NCBI RefSeq assembly: GCF_009914755.1
Contig: NC_060938.1
Direction: 5' to 3' (one strand)
DNA from: the human T2T-CHM13v2.0 reference genome, Homo sapiens
DNA length: 64,000 nucleotides
The notes beneath the pieces are model-generated. The model did no database searches, had not been told where the DNA came from, and saw only the letters and a program-made list of their open reading frames with translations. Position 1 is the first letter of the stretch. Every line of letters starts with the position of its first letter. Made by a program: the position numbers and the translations under genes. Below are positions 23,524 to 36,063 of the stretch, in pieces.

Positions 23524-25349
23524 TTGCAAAACTATAGCAATCACCTCAAGGTTTTCACAGGAATCAAACTCAGTCCAAACTAAAATGCTGTGTAATAAAT
23601 AGTGGGGCTTCACGTGCAGGAAAGGCGATTAAGAGCGAGGCATGCAGGCCGAGGGCTGCTTAACCTGTCTCAGATTTCTTCCGCACAAAGTCATGGTTGA
23701 AAATAGGTCTCTGCCTGGCAGAGGGTAAAGAAGTTCTCGAAGGCCTCTGTCTGCATTAGCTTGGTGAGAGGGAAGACATTTAACCAATTAACCAATTAGT
23801 GATCTGTGCGGATGGAGACTGAGCAGGACGAGGGTGCCACCCGACTGGGTGTAAAGTGGGCTTAGTTTTGTCTTCTTGGTGTCTGGGAGCCTCAGTGCCT
23901 TTCTACGTAGATGGGAGTATGCTTGTCACATCCTTGTCACACAAGTAACCCTGTGCCTGTTTGAGGATTCCAAGAGCCTGTGACGGCTGCAGGGGGCCCT
24001 GAAGCTTAGTGTGCAAGCAGGAGCTGGGGACAGAGGGGCTTCTGACGGGAGTCGGGGTGCCTCCTCTGGATGTGGGGGTGGGCTAGGGTGGGCAAAGGTT
24101 GCTTCCCGTTCTCCTGCAGCTGACAGTTAGAAATGCCAGTGCCGTTTAGCCACAGTCCCTCTGGGTTAGAGTCGGGAAGAAACATGGCAGTTGTGTGTTT
24201 TGCACAGGAATCAAGCTGTCAGGGGGCACAGTGAGGCCCCAGCTCCTTACCAGCAAGCCGTCTAGGCTGCGAACGCGAGCCGCCGGGCCGCAGCTCTCTA
24301 GAGGTCCCTGTCCCCACCGCCTGGCCCCATCTCATGTCACATTCCCCCAAGGTCTCATTCCACTCGGCTAATCTCCAAGAACACCGGCCAGGGCATTGGC
24401 TTTCGGGTCCTTTTAAAGACCAAAAAGTAAAGCACTCCCCCGTGGGTGCTGGACAGCTTGGGAGGGATTTGGGGCTGTGGGTGGTGAAATCACAGCCCTG
24501 GGCACACACCTGCCAGCCCGATGTCACTGACAGGCTGCTCGGAGGCTTGGGGCTCCAGTGAGAGCATATAGATATTTTTTAAAAAACATATTCGCGATAA
24601 AATAAATCCCCTGTGTCTGCAGAACTTGCTCTGGGCATGTACCCACTCCCAATCCATCAGGAAACATGCCCTTTGCTTTGTATTTGTAAAAACAGAAACA
24701 AAAACAAAAACAACCCACAGGCGAACAAGCAAATTAAATCCCCCCCACACAAAATGTTTATTCTAATTATGCAAGAAATGGATTGATAATTAATACACGC
24801 ATTAGTAAAAATCAAACACTGCAGATAAAGCCATCTTTAATGCTTCCCTCGATCCCTCCCCATCACCCCCCAGCAAATTAACTGCTCTTCTCAGTTTCAG
24901 GCGTCTGGTTCCAGATATTTTTTTCTGTGCATTTGCATATGTAGATAAATATACCTCTAAAATCTATGACTTTGTTTATTTTTTACATAAACTATATCAT
25001 AGTGTACATTTCCTCTCGCAGCAGCTTGTGTTTCTTCCTTCAAGAGTCTGCTTAGAGATAATAAAGATCAACACTATTCCTTATAACAACACCTCAGTAT
25101 CCTGCGAGCTGTACACACCAGAGTTTATTTAACCACCTTGCTGCTGGCATGAAAGCCTCAGGTCCTTTACCCTGGTTGGTGGGGGGGTGGGGTGGGGGGG
25201 TGGGGGGCGGGGGGGGGCAGTGAATTGGTGGCGGCAGGTGTAAGTAATTGCTGAGATTTGGGTTTGGGGAGTGGGCTCACGAGTGTTTATGACATTATTA
25301 TAAATGAATATATGAGTGCATAAATTAGCAAAATAAAAGGGGGCTTTTC

Positions 25350-25424
25350 TGGACCAATGATGAGACAGTGTTTATGAACAAAAGATCATGATTAATCCAG
25401 TTCTGCACAAAACACTGAGGTCCA
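25350..25424 (+). ncRNA. SNORD112: C/D box snoRNA SNORD112 (14q0)
   Basis: Terminal stem TGGAC/GTCCA, C box ATGATGA 25357-25363, D box CTGA 25415-25418, internal ATGA and ATGATTA. Confidence 0.93.
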
Positions 25425-28400
25425 TTAGAAGACAATAGGTCTTGGCTGTTTCATTCCTTTTAAGAGCTGTTTAATATTCCACGGTATGTATGCACCATTG
25501 TTGATTACACTCTTCTACTGTTGAAAATCCCAGCTGAAAGTGCTCTGGGGGAGGAGAAGCTTTGGTCACAGTCCTAGCCGTCAGGGTGGGTCACAGATTC
25601 ATAGGTGTTCATTAAATTATTTTTTAAAAAAGAATACATAAAAATGGTGCTTAATGCAGATCAGTGAGGAAGCGTGTCACAAATCGAGGTTTTAATTAAT
25701 ACGATTCTGCTCAACTAATGCCCGATAAAAAAGATCTAAGCTGTTTCCATTTTTTGTTGCTGTTACCAACGACACTGCAGTGAGCATTCTTGCAGCTAAA
25801 TCTGTAAACACATCCTCGACTGTTCCTTTACCCCAGCTTCTTAGAGATGGGGTGGTGGGTTAAATTGTTTGCAAAAGTTTATTTTCATTGAGTGATCTTT
25901 CTAAAATGGCATTTTGACCTTGTTACTGTCTTGCTTTAAAGCCTCCATCTGACTTCCTGGAGCTTCCGGGACGGGGTCCAAAAAATAAGGCCTTATCCTG
26001 GCATGGAAGACCCTTTAGGGTCTGTCTTGGAACTTGCCAGCCTCAGCCCCTCCCCACTGGTGTTTACCTGCTAGGCGCACCTCACCCCCACGGGGCTACC
26101 TGTTTCTCTCAGCAGGCTCCCTACTTCTTAGGCTTTGCGCGGCCATGCCTTTTCAGCCAGTTTCTCCCCGGCCTTAAAGAGCAGGCTTGAAATATCCCTG
26201 TTGGGGAGCCCAAAGTTAGATGGGCCCCACGAAACACTGTGTTCAGAAGCCCACCGAAGCCCTGACCCTGGAAGTGGGATGCCTCATTGACATTTTTTTC
26301 CCAATTAAAGGGAATGTTTTGCATTTTTCTAGAATTGATGAAACTGGTCAACTGTTAATCACCCTCCTTCCTTTGTCCCTTTCTAGGAGCCCTGGGCTCC
26401 CCCAGTGTTGCCTGGGTCTGACTTTGCCTCAGTGAAAACTGCCTCGAATTCTTTCTTGCACCGATGGGCAGATGGGCAGTGTCGGAGGATCGTGTCATCT
26501 GTCCCGTGGCGCTGGGTAAGTCTGCAGTGTTGTAAAGCTGCAAACACCCTTCTGGGTGGGGCTCAGGCTGGCACCCCCCCACTGCCCCAGCCTGCGCTAT
26601 ACCACGTTCCCCTGATGCTTGCCTTGTGCCGGGCCCCAGAACCCAGGGTCATGGGGTTCACAGCGCGGGAGTAGCGTCTCAGTGTTGTGAGTTCTGGGGA
26701 TGAGGTTCGGGGTATGATTACAGCTTGGAAATGGCTGATTGCCATTATGGCTCCTCCTTGCCAGAGGTAAACGGGTCTGGTCCCAGAACAGGAGGAGGAC
26801 ATGTGATGACTGGAGTAACGATGAGGGGCTCTGGGGAAGGACAGGGCTGAGAGCAAGTGCTGGGACCTTTGGGACCGAGTCATATTCTAAAAAGAGCACA
26901 GGCTTTGGGGGAGAGGAGCTGTGAGGCCAAGGCAGCATCCCCCTGGGGAGCTTGTCAGGAGTAACAGGAGCCACTGGCAGTGTTTGGGCTTTTGGTCCCT
27001 TTTTTTCTCTCCCAGGGGAAGGGAGAAGGAGGCATTGCAGGAAGCCAGCCACCCTGAGCACAGACCCAGCTACAGAACAGACTTGAGCTGCGTGTCCTTG
27101 GCAAATCCCCAAGTGTTTCTGTGCCTTGGTTTCCTGATATTAAAAAAAAAAAAAAAAAGGACTCATAATCTCTCTCACACAGGGCTATTGAGATCTCAAT
27201 GAGGAAATAACGCAAATAAATCATCCAGCACAGTAGCCAACACGCAGTACCCAGCAAAACTCGGTAGCTCTCCCCATCTTACCCCGTCATGAAATGCTTA
27301 ACCCCCTCCCTGAGACGGGCAGCTGCTCCCTTTCAGGGCAGGGAGACCCAACAGAGGACAACACAAATGCCAGAGAGAGTGTGAGGGGCAATAAAAGCTG
27401 ATGCTCGCCTCCCTCCCAGACATCTTCCCAGGGAAAAGTGTGCTTTCTTGAACACCTGGGGGCCGGGGAAGGGGCTGCCCTACCACTTTGAATCGGGTTT
27501 CCCGAAAAGTTTGGTGAGAGTTTATTTTTATGTAAATAACATATAAAAAGTCAGACTTCTCCACAGGCAGATTTTTTGAGGCTCATATTTTACAGACTTT
27601 GGCAAGGGTCACTCGGAAGGAACAGTGGTTACAGTCTCCAGAGGTTCATAATTCCTGGAAAAACTTCTGGCCAAACCTGACTTCTCCTAAATTTCACAGA
27701 AAATTCTCCCTGGGCTGGGCTCAGGCTAAATGAGCTTTTTGTGTGTTAGTACAGCCTTACCTAGTGGAAGCATGACTTGCACGTTGCCCTTTACACAAAA
27801 GGGAACCTCCTCGGCCGCTGTGAACAAAGGCTCCGCTCTCCGAAATGTTTGATTTGTTTACTCGGGAGCGTGAGCCTGCTCGGGCACATGTCTGATACTG
27901 GGGCTATTTCTCTGCGGCCATATGTAGAGCTGTCCAGGTCTCTGCAATTTAACCCTGCGCTTCATGCCAGAATCCCATTTCCTAACTTCCTCAAGCAACG
28001 GGGCAAGGGAACCACAGCAAAAAGGAGTGTAGGGGGAGTGTTCCCTCCGTGTCCGGCAGGGGCTAAAGGGCTTGCTGCCCTGTGGCGTCTGCCTCTAAAT
28101 AGGGATTTGGGTCGGTGACTTTTCACATCTACACCAAAGCCCTTCAGAACCCTTTCTGCACCACCAGCTATCCTGAACCAGAAATCCCTGTTCACAGAAT
28201 TTCCCATGTGGGTGCCTCTTGTTCTGCACCCTGCATCGCGCCCCCTCCCCCGTTTATGTAAATGACACATGTAAATGTCACTCTCCCAAACATTTTCACA
28301 CCTGCAGCTTCAAATCAATCTTTTAATAGGTTAAAACAACAGCACCAACAAAAACCAACAAAAACAGAGGCTCCCGAGAAACAAACAGTTTTTCCCGAAG

Positions 28401-30037
28401 GGCTTGCAGTGCCTAACTGAGCTGCCAAGGCCGTCTGTCTGTCTGTTAGCCAGGAAGGCAAACCAGCCTGCGCACTCCACCTGCAACACGATGCTGCCCC
28501 CCGACGGCGGGTCGGAGCAGCTGTGGCGACCCCAGGGCTGACAGATTGGGTTGTCAGGAGCAGGACAATGAGGCTGCAGTGAGGATGGGCTCCATCCTTG
28601 AATGACTCTGCCCTCCTTGAAATTTTTCTGCTCCATGGAGGTGCATCTCTGCCCCCGAGGACCTTGGGCATTTCACAGACAAGGAGCCCTGGCTGGCCTC
28701 GCAGCCATCCCCCATATGCACACACGCACACGCACAGACATGCGCGCACACACACATGCTGAGTGCCTGCACTGGGAGCATAAGGCAGAAAACTCCTTTG
28801 GAAACTGCAGAACAGAGCCTTGTCTAGCAGAGGTCCCCTGATAAAGGTCCCACAGTTCCTGGGAACTGAACCCCTGTGAATGGGCCAGGAGAGGCAGCTC
28901 CCGACTCCCGTGTGGGCTGCATTCATCAGCAGGCCGGCACCCCAGCCCTGTCACTGTGTGAGGAGCTTTCATGAGTCCACTGAACATGTAAGTCACAGTC
29001 TGGCAGCTGGCTGCATCTGTGGTTGCTGCTCAGCCTCCAGAAAAGGGCCCCTCAACCTGCCAGACCTCCTCGCTCCTTCCACTCACTCTGCCAGCCTGTT
29101 GCCCCAGAGAGGACACAGGCCAGCCTCTGTGGGCTCAGGAGCCAGGGCAGGTGCTTGGCCACTCTAGGTGTTCTGGCCCTCAAGAGGGGAGTTGGCAGCA
29201 GGACAGTCCCCACCTCCCCCCACCAGCCCTGGGCACTCAACCCCATTCTCTGCTCCTCTCCCTCATTGCCTTATTGGGACAGAGGCACCCCGCCAACCAT
29301 CTCTGTGCCTTTGCCATTTAGCCCAGGGCAAGCTACTCGGGAGAGGCCAAATGGCCTCATACTGACCCCTGCCTGGTCCCCTCTGGCCACCTCGCTCACT
29401 TGCCCGCTTGCCTGCTCAGGAGTTGGTGCTGTGGGAGCTTCTCAAAGGCCTAAACATGTGGGCTGCCAGCCTGGGCAGGAAACCGTGCTGCAGCCTTCTC
29501 AGCCAAGCACTGGCCTGCCTCTCTCCCCTCGGATGCCTCCTGTAACAGGGAGCTCCCTCTCTCCCCAGGCAGCCTGCTCAGGGCTCGCACGCAGAGCTGC
29601 TTTGCTGAGCCCTCCCCTGCCTTTTGCATCTGCCTCCTCGGCTGTGCAGCAGCCCCCTTGCCCCCTCTGCCCTCCGATCTCTGCAGGCTGTGGGCTCCCT
29701 CTCTTTTCAGTCCTCTCCTTTCTGTGCTGAATGGCAATACCCCCACCAATGGTGGGAACAGGATTGGGCGCCTCTACACCTGTCCTAACACCTCTGTCTC
29801 TGTTCTTTTAGACCTGGGACAGAGCCCTTTGCCCTGCTGTTCTGCTAAAAGCCCAGGGGAGGGCGTGGTGCTCCCCTCCTGGGGCCAGCTGCTCCATGTC
29901 TATCTGTTGAGCGGCTTCTCAGCCCTCTTGGGTTTTCTATGGCCCCTTTTCCAGTTGCTAGGGAGAACGCTCTGTATGCAGCCCCCTGCCTTTTCTGCAG
30001 GAGCTGCTGGCCTCCCGGCCAGCCCTGGTCAGCCCTG

Positions 30038-30043
<6 letters not shown>

Positions 30044-30067
<24 letters not shown>
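30044..30067. repeat. (CAG)8 microsatellite
   Basis: Direct count. Confidence 0.9.
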
Positions 30068-30068
<1 letters not shown>

Positions 30069-30723
30069 AGGCAGCCACAGCAGGGCTGGGGGCTCCCGAG
30101 CCAGGCAGACCGGCTTGACTCCCTGCTCTCTAGCTGCAAGACAATTCCCTTTACTTTTCAGACTCGGCTTTTCCCCTGTGAAATGGAGATGAGAGTTTCT
30201 CCGTCACTGGCTTGAAGTGAGGACTAAATGAGATAAGTGTAGGCTTGCACACATCAGACACTTCATAAATGCTTGTGGAGTAGACGGTGGGACCCAGGGA
30301 GGGAGAGAGAGGTATGTAACAAGTGTCGCAAGAGAGAAAACAGCCTGGCCTTTCAAGACCCTGCTCCCAATACAAACGGGAACCTCTCCTGGCAGAGTCC
30401 CCTCTGCTGGCTTAATCGCACAAATCAAGTCAGCCGGAGGCAGCCCCCGGCCTGTGGAACTCACAGTAGATGCAGCAGGCAGCATAAATGACATGCAGAG
30501 CCCACATCTGCATTTAATAGACCGAGAATTTGCATTGTATATAACAGCACGAGGGGTAAAGCATGAAGGCATAAAGGAACAGTTTTTCCCGGCGGCTTCC
30601 TTGAAGGGCCAGCTTAGACAGGGGTCTGGGGAGGAGAAACTCAGCGGGGTCCGGGCATCCCATAGACTATGGGACAGACATCCATCCATGCACTCATTCT
30701 CCAAGCCACCACAGTGTACCTAC

Positions 30724-30819
30724 CTTCCCCGGGCCCAGTCCCAAGAGTGAGGCTGGGGATGAAGTGATGCCGGTGGCTTAGTGATGCCGGTGGCTTCCTG
30801 TCCTCGAAGCTCAGTCGGT
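30724..30819 (-). other. RTL1: Predicted non-coding RTL1 5' exon (96 nt)
   Basis: Minus strand CCCTGTTTGTTTCCCCCACCAG|ACCG...GGAAG|GTAGGT; no ATG inside. Confidence 0.55.
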
Positions 30820-31037
30820 CTGGTGGGGGAAACAAACAGGGAATAAGACACTGGAAATTGAGGTGATCAAGAGGGGGTGCAGGCATGGAGATTTATGGAG
30901 CCCCGTCTTGGAGCCAAGTCCCGAACTGGGCTGTCTGCAAAGAACTCACCCGGGCAATAACCCTGCACACTGGTCTCATGAGCCCCATTAGATTGATGAG
31001 GAAACTGAGGCACAGAAAGGCAAAGTCCTATACTCAC

Positions 31038-31190
31038 CGTCTCTCAGCTGGTGTGAGGCTGGGCCAGGATGGAACCCCAGACTCTCCGAGGCTCCCCACC
31101 ACACCCTGCTGCTGAAGGCTGCTCAGCGAGGCTGTGCCGAGTGCTGGGGGGGTGTGGGTGGGCAGGGGACGGATTGATTAGTTATAAGCA
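31038..31190 (-). promoter_or_regulatory. RTL1: Predicted RTL1 first exon (~31155-31038) with TATAA box at ~31182-31187
   Basis: Minus strand CTTATAAC ~30 nt upstream of the putative start; donor ACG|GTGAGTA at 31038/31037; no ATG in exon. Confidence 0.55.
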
Positions 31191-31839
31191 CCTCCCAGCG
31201 GTGCTTGAGATCCCAGCTCCTCTGTGGCCCAATCCGTTTGAAGGGCAGATTCAAAATTAGGTGGTAGCACCTATGGGCAGAGGCTTATGAAAATGGCATT
31301 ATTAACCTGATGTGGAGAGGGCCCTGCCTGTCTGCAAGTAGATTGCAGATAGAGACGGAGGGGGCTGGGCTTGTTTGTGTGGACAGTGAGTTAGAGAGGA
31401 CAGAGAACATCCAGGGGCCCTCCAGGGCTTCCGGACGGGGAGAACCAGATCTGGAGGGGCTGGACAAGTGGGAGGGGGAAGAGGGGTACGTCTTAAGGGT
31501 GCCCCGGCACCTCAGGGAAATGCCCCAGGCTGGACTTGGAGGAGGATCTCCAGCCTTGACTCTGACACAGACAGGGACTATGGCCCTCCCCGCACCTCGG
31601 TTTCCCATCTGTGAGATAAGAGATGGAAACCAAACGTCATTTCGAGAAAAGCCCCCATTCCCACCACCCTCCTGGCCCCCCCTTCCCCCACCACCACAAT
31701 CACGTTTGCCAGACACCTGTCTGCTTGTCAGAGCAATATTCAACAGGAGAGTTCCTTCGCTTCCTCCCTGGAGGGAGAAGGGAGAGGTGTGGACGGGGAG
31801 AGGGGAGGGGAGAGGTGCCCCCCACTCAGAGAGGCCGCT

Positions 31840-32520
31840 GAGCAGAGTTCTGCATCGGGTAGGAGTTGGGCCACCGAAGATTTGTGCCAACTCACGGTGC
31901 GGTGGAATCAGACAGTCTGAATTCTTCAGACACCAGCCAAGAGTCTGTGGCGCCCCCACGTGCCACAAGGGGGCTGCCTGGGCCACATTTCTGAGCCCGA
32001 AAAGTGAGGAGGGGGACAGTCAAGAGGGACCGGCGCTTTTGCTCTGGCAGCGGCGCTTTTAACTGCGACAGATGCGTGCGGTGCGGCGGGGGAGCCGGCC
32101 GTGCCGGGGCTGGGGGCTGCTGGGCGGGGGTGGTCGGGGCGGGGGGCGGGGGCTGCAGGTTGCGCCCCTCCCTCACAGACGGCTGCGCTGCAATGCAGCA
32201 GGCTGCGGGAGCTGTCCCGGGAGCTCTCCTGTCCGGTGGCCGGCTTTCCAAAGTGGGGAACGAGAGATGAGGGAGGGAGCACTTCCAGGCGCTGCGTGGT
32301 GGCCAGGCGCCCAGGAAGCCGAGGGGCCCGAGACTCTGCAGCGGGGCCAGAAAGAGAAGAGTGGGGGAGGAGGCCGGGAGTGGTGCATGGACCAGGGGGT
32401 AGAGGGAGGTGGGTGTGGACCTGGGGTCGGGCGCCAGTCAGCTTGCAGCCTATGAAGGACGGAAAGGAGGGCTACAGAGATAGGGGAAGAGTGGGGCTGA
32501 GGATAGCCAGAGCGGCTTGG
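31840..32520. promoter_or_regulatory. CpG-rich island in MEG8 intron 2 (position of the MEG8 DMR) with CTCF-like motif and GC boxes
   Basis: High CpG/GC density 32030-32350; minus-strand GTGGCACGTGGGGGCGCCA (31948-31966) resembles the CTCF core; several GGGGCGGGG at ~32120-32151. Confidence 0.75.
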
Positions 32521-35500
32521 CACACAGTTTTAGGGTAAAAGCATCAACTCTTATCTTTCCAAAAGAAATAAAAAAGCCAAAAAAAAAAAAAAAAAAAAAA
32601 AAGGCATTTGAAAGCTAGACAGCTGAATCCTTCCCAGCATGACTGAGCCGGTCACTCCAGGGTCTTCCTTCAAAGCGTGTCTAATGGGAGACAGCGTTGT
32701 CCCAGTAACCAAATTGGGACCAGAGTCCCAGGGAAGGGCTCATCAGGTGGCCGCTCTGCCTTGAAGAGTGGTACCCTCAGGCCCTTTTCCAGCCAGGGGT
32801 CAGGGAGAGAGCTGGAGGGCTCGGGGAGGCAGGGACTGGGAGGGAGAGTGGGGAGAGGAGCGCTGGGGGCTGCAGGAGGGTCTCTGGGCAGCTGGCGGGT
32901 GTCTCGTTCCGCAACACTCTGCACCCTGGTACATCGTCCTCCGTCCACTCAACGTGGAATGATTCTCTTCCCTCTGGATCCAGCCCCTCTAGTTCCCTTT
33001 TCACTTTGAGGCATTTGCCCCCTGTGAATCAGTTCCCTGCTACTCCAGAAAATTTCTCTCATACCCCAGGCCCCTCTGTTCTTTTAAATGGCACCCTTCA
33101 CCCCCAGCCCTTCATCTTCTGCACTGTATTTTCACTTGTTGATTTAAAAATCCCTTTATTATGGGAAATTGCAAACAACACAAAAGTAGAGAAAATAGTA
33201 CGTATTTTTACTGTTTACTCAATTTTCATCTTGCCATTACCCGGACACGGTTGCCGTCAAACCCTGGCCCCTCTTGTTTCATCTAAACCCTAAACTGTCC
33301 CTCTACTCCCACTGCCCAACCCCTACCCCTGGACTATTTCGAAGCAAATTTCAGACACCATCCTGTTTCCTCTGAGCATTTTTTAGTTTGTATCTCTAAA
33401 TAAGAAGCTTTTGTTTCTTAAAAATAAAACCACAACACCATTATCACAAGTTAAAAAATTAATAGCCTTTCCTTAATATCATCCACCATCTATGTAGCAT
33501 TCCAATATTCTTGATTGACTCATAAATTTCTTTTACAGTTGGCTTGGTCAAGTCAGTGTTCAAACTATCTCCTGCTCTTTCAAGGGGATCTGGGGCTCTA
33601 GAAGGTAAGTATGGCTACACATTTAGGGGTTGAATATCTGCCTGGACCTTAAATGAGAAACTCAACCTCAGCAAACCTCAGTGTTCTCACTGAAAATGGG
33701 GCAAGTTCTGGGTCTCTCCTTGGGTCATTGAGAGGGTTAGAGCATTAACCCCTGAAGCCCCAGCCGCATGTCTAATATGTCAGAGACACTCAGCAAACAG
33801 TAGCTGCGAGAATGATTCTTTTTCCCAGAAACGTTTAAAGGGGATTTGGGCAGGGGCAGGCAAAACATAGCTGGCTATTGTCCATAAAACAAAAGGCTCC
33901 TGGCAGTCCAGGTCCCCTGAGTGGTTAAAACAGCACATGCACTACATCCCAAAAAGGGCAGCCTACAGTCTGGGGGCTGGGTTCGCCTGGACCTCCTGGC
34001 TTGCCGTTTAGCTGCCTGACCTCAGCTGTTGTGACCTGGGACCAACAGGGGACCCCGGCAGGTGCCTATCCACTAGATGGCACTCTCTACTGTGAGTCCA
34101 GGGGGGACCACCACCCCAAACTGCTTTGGCCACTGCCCAGCCCTGGGTGCCACCGGAAGATGCACACCACTAAAACATCGCAGATAATTTCTAAAAAGCA
34201 CTTCTCAACATGTCATGCAAAAGATGCGGTGGTTTATTTCCTTGCATAAATCCCAACCAGATTGCAGAAGCAGAGGGAATGAACATTTAATGACTTTGCT
34301 GAGGCCAGACACTGGTATGTCTACGCTCTCTTTAAATCCTCATCCCAGCGACATCTGATTTCCCTTCATTTTACAGATTAGAGGACTTGGAGAGGTTAGT
34401 GACTTGCTCGAGGTCGGCTAGGAAGCAAGACCCAGGATTCCAACTCAGGTCTGTGTGATTCCTCTGCAAAATGGAGAGGTGGAAGGATGGATGTCAGGTC
34501 TGATGGATGGATGGATGCCTACATCAAGATACATGCATAGATGGAGAGATGGCTGGCTACCTCATGAATGCTGGTAAGATGGATGAGTGAATTGAAGCAC
34601 AGGTGGTGGAAGGAGAGAGGAATGAGAGAGGATAGTCAATTTCCCACCAAGATCAAAGGCTTACTTGATCTTTGAAGAGAGGTTCCCTCTGAATGGAGCT
34701 TGCTGGTGAAGCTCCTGCCTTCTGTTCTGCTTCTGAGCGCACTGACTGGCTCAGGTGGCTCTGGGACAACAGGTGGGATGCCAGCTTACAGGGACCAAGT
34801 CCCAGCTGTGGTGCTGGAGCTGCTCAGTGGCAACTCTCCGTCTCTGCTGCTTTCACGCAGCACTGACGAAGAGCAGGCATCCGCCTTTCCACTGGCTCTC
34901 CTGGATGACTAAGCCCTAAGCCCCAACCGCATACTCAGCCCTTCACTGGCACTTGGCATAATTTTATCTCCTCTAAATCATCACAGCCACCCTCCATGAT
35001 AGCAATTTCTATTCTCAATTAAGTGAAAAGGAAACCGAAGTTTAGGAGTGGTAAGTGACTTACCCAAAATCGTATAGGGAGGAAATGCAGACCCAGGATT
35101 TGAACTCGAGTCTTCTTTCCTTCCAAACTCATCCCCTCAACCTGTTTATTTCCTTTTCTCTATGACCATGTCTGAAGAAATCTGCCTTGGGGTTGTCTCA
35201 TATTGGACTCACTCTCTTGGTCTGTCAGTGAGCTGAACTTCTCATCCAATCAAATCCAAGCTTATTTCCCAAGTAATATCTCTAGTGTATTCTATTTGTA
35301 ATGATCACACAGGCAAGGGCCACACATATCACTGGCATCCTACAGTACAATTAATCAAGTCAAATTAGATTCCTGGCATCTCATATTCTGACTGAATGCT
35401 AATGGTAGTAGATGTAAAAATGACTCCAGTGCAAGGCAAGGAGGGAGGGGACTGGATGTAGGGCTGAATGGCGAATCAGTAAGCCTTGCTGCAGACCTGG

Positions 35501-35674
35501 GTTAACATTAGCAGATAGGTTTTGAGAACCTGCTCATGGGCTAGGCCCTACTTCACACATTCTAGGTGCTAAGGTTTCAATCTCAGCTTTGCCATTGACT
35601 ACTTTTGTGAGTTTGGACAAGGTATTTAATTTCTGTGCCGCGTTTTCTTCAGTTGTACCAACAGTACCTTACTA

Positions 35675-36063
<389 letters not shown>

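Larger units (their letters stand above)
22128..34450 (+). ncRNA. MEG8: MEG8 (Rian ortholog) lncRNA, proximal exons at ~22128/22206-22468, 26387-26515, 33539-33604 and 34377-~34448; host transcript continues through the snoRNA array
   Basis: Canonical sites CAG|GTATGT (22468), TTTCTAG|GAG (26387), TGG|GTAAGT (26515), TTTTACAG|TT (33539), AAG|GTAAGT (33604), TTTTACAG|AT (34377); position between RTL1 and SNORD113 with SNORD112 intronic. Confidence 0.7.

Noticed and set aside
30044-30067. (CAG)8 as a polyglutamine or polyserine coding tract
   Set aside because: Intronic, short, and the surrounding ORFs have no coding support
31285-32538. Overlapping 233-aa and 250-aa ORFs and others over the CpG island
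   Set aside because: Expected stop-codon scarcity in GC-rich DNA; low-complexity P/G/R composition
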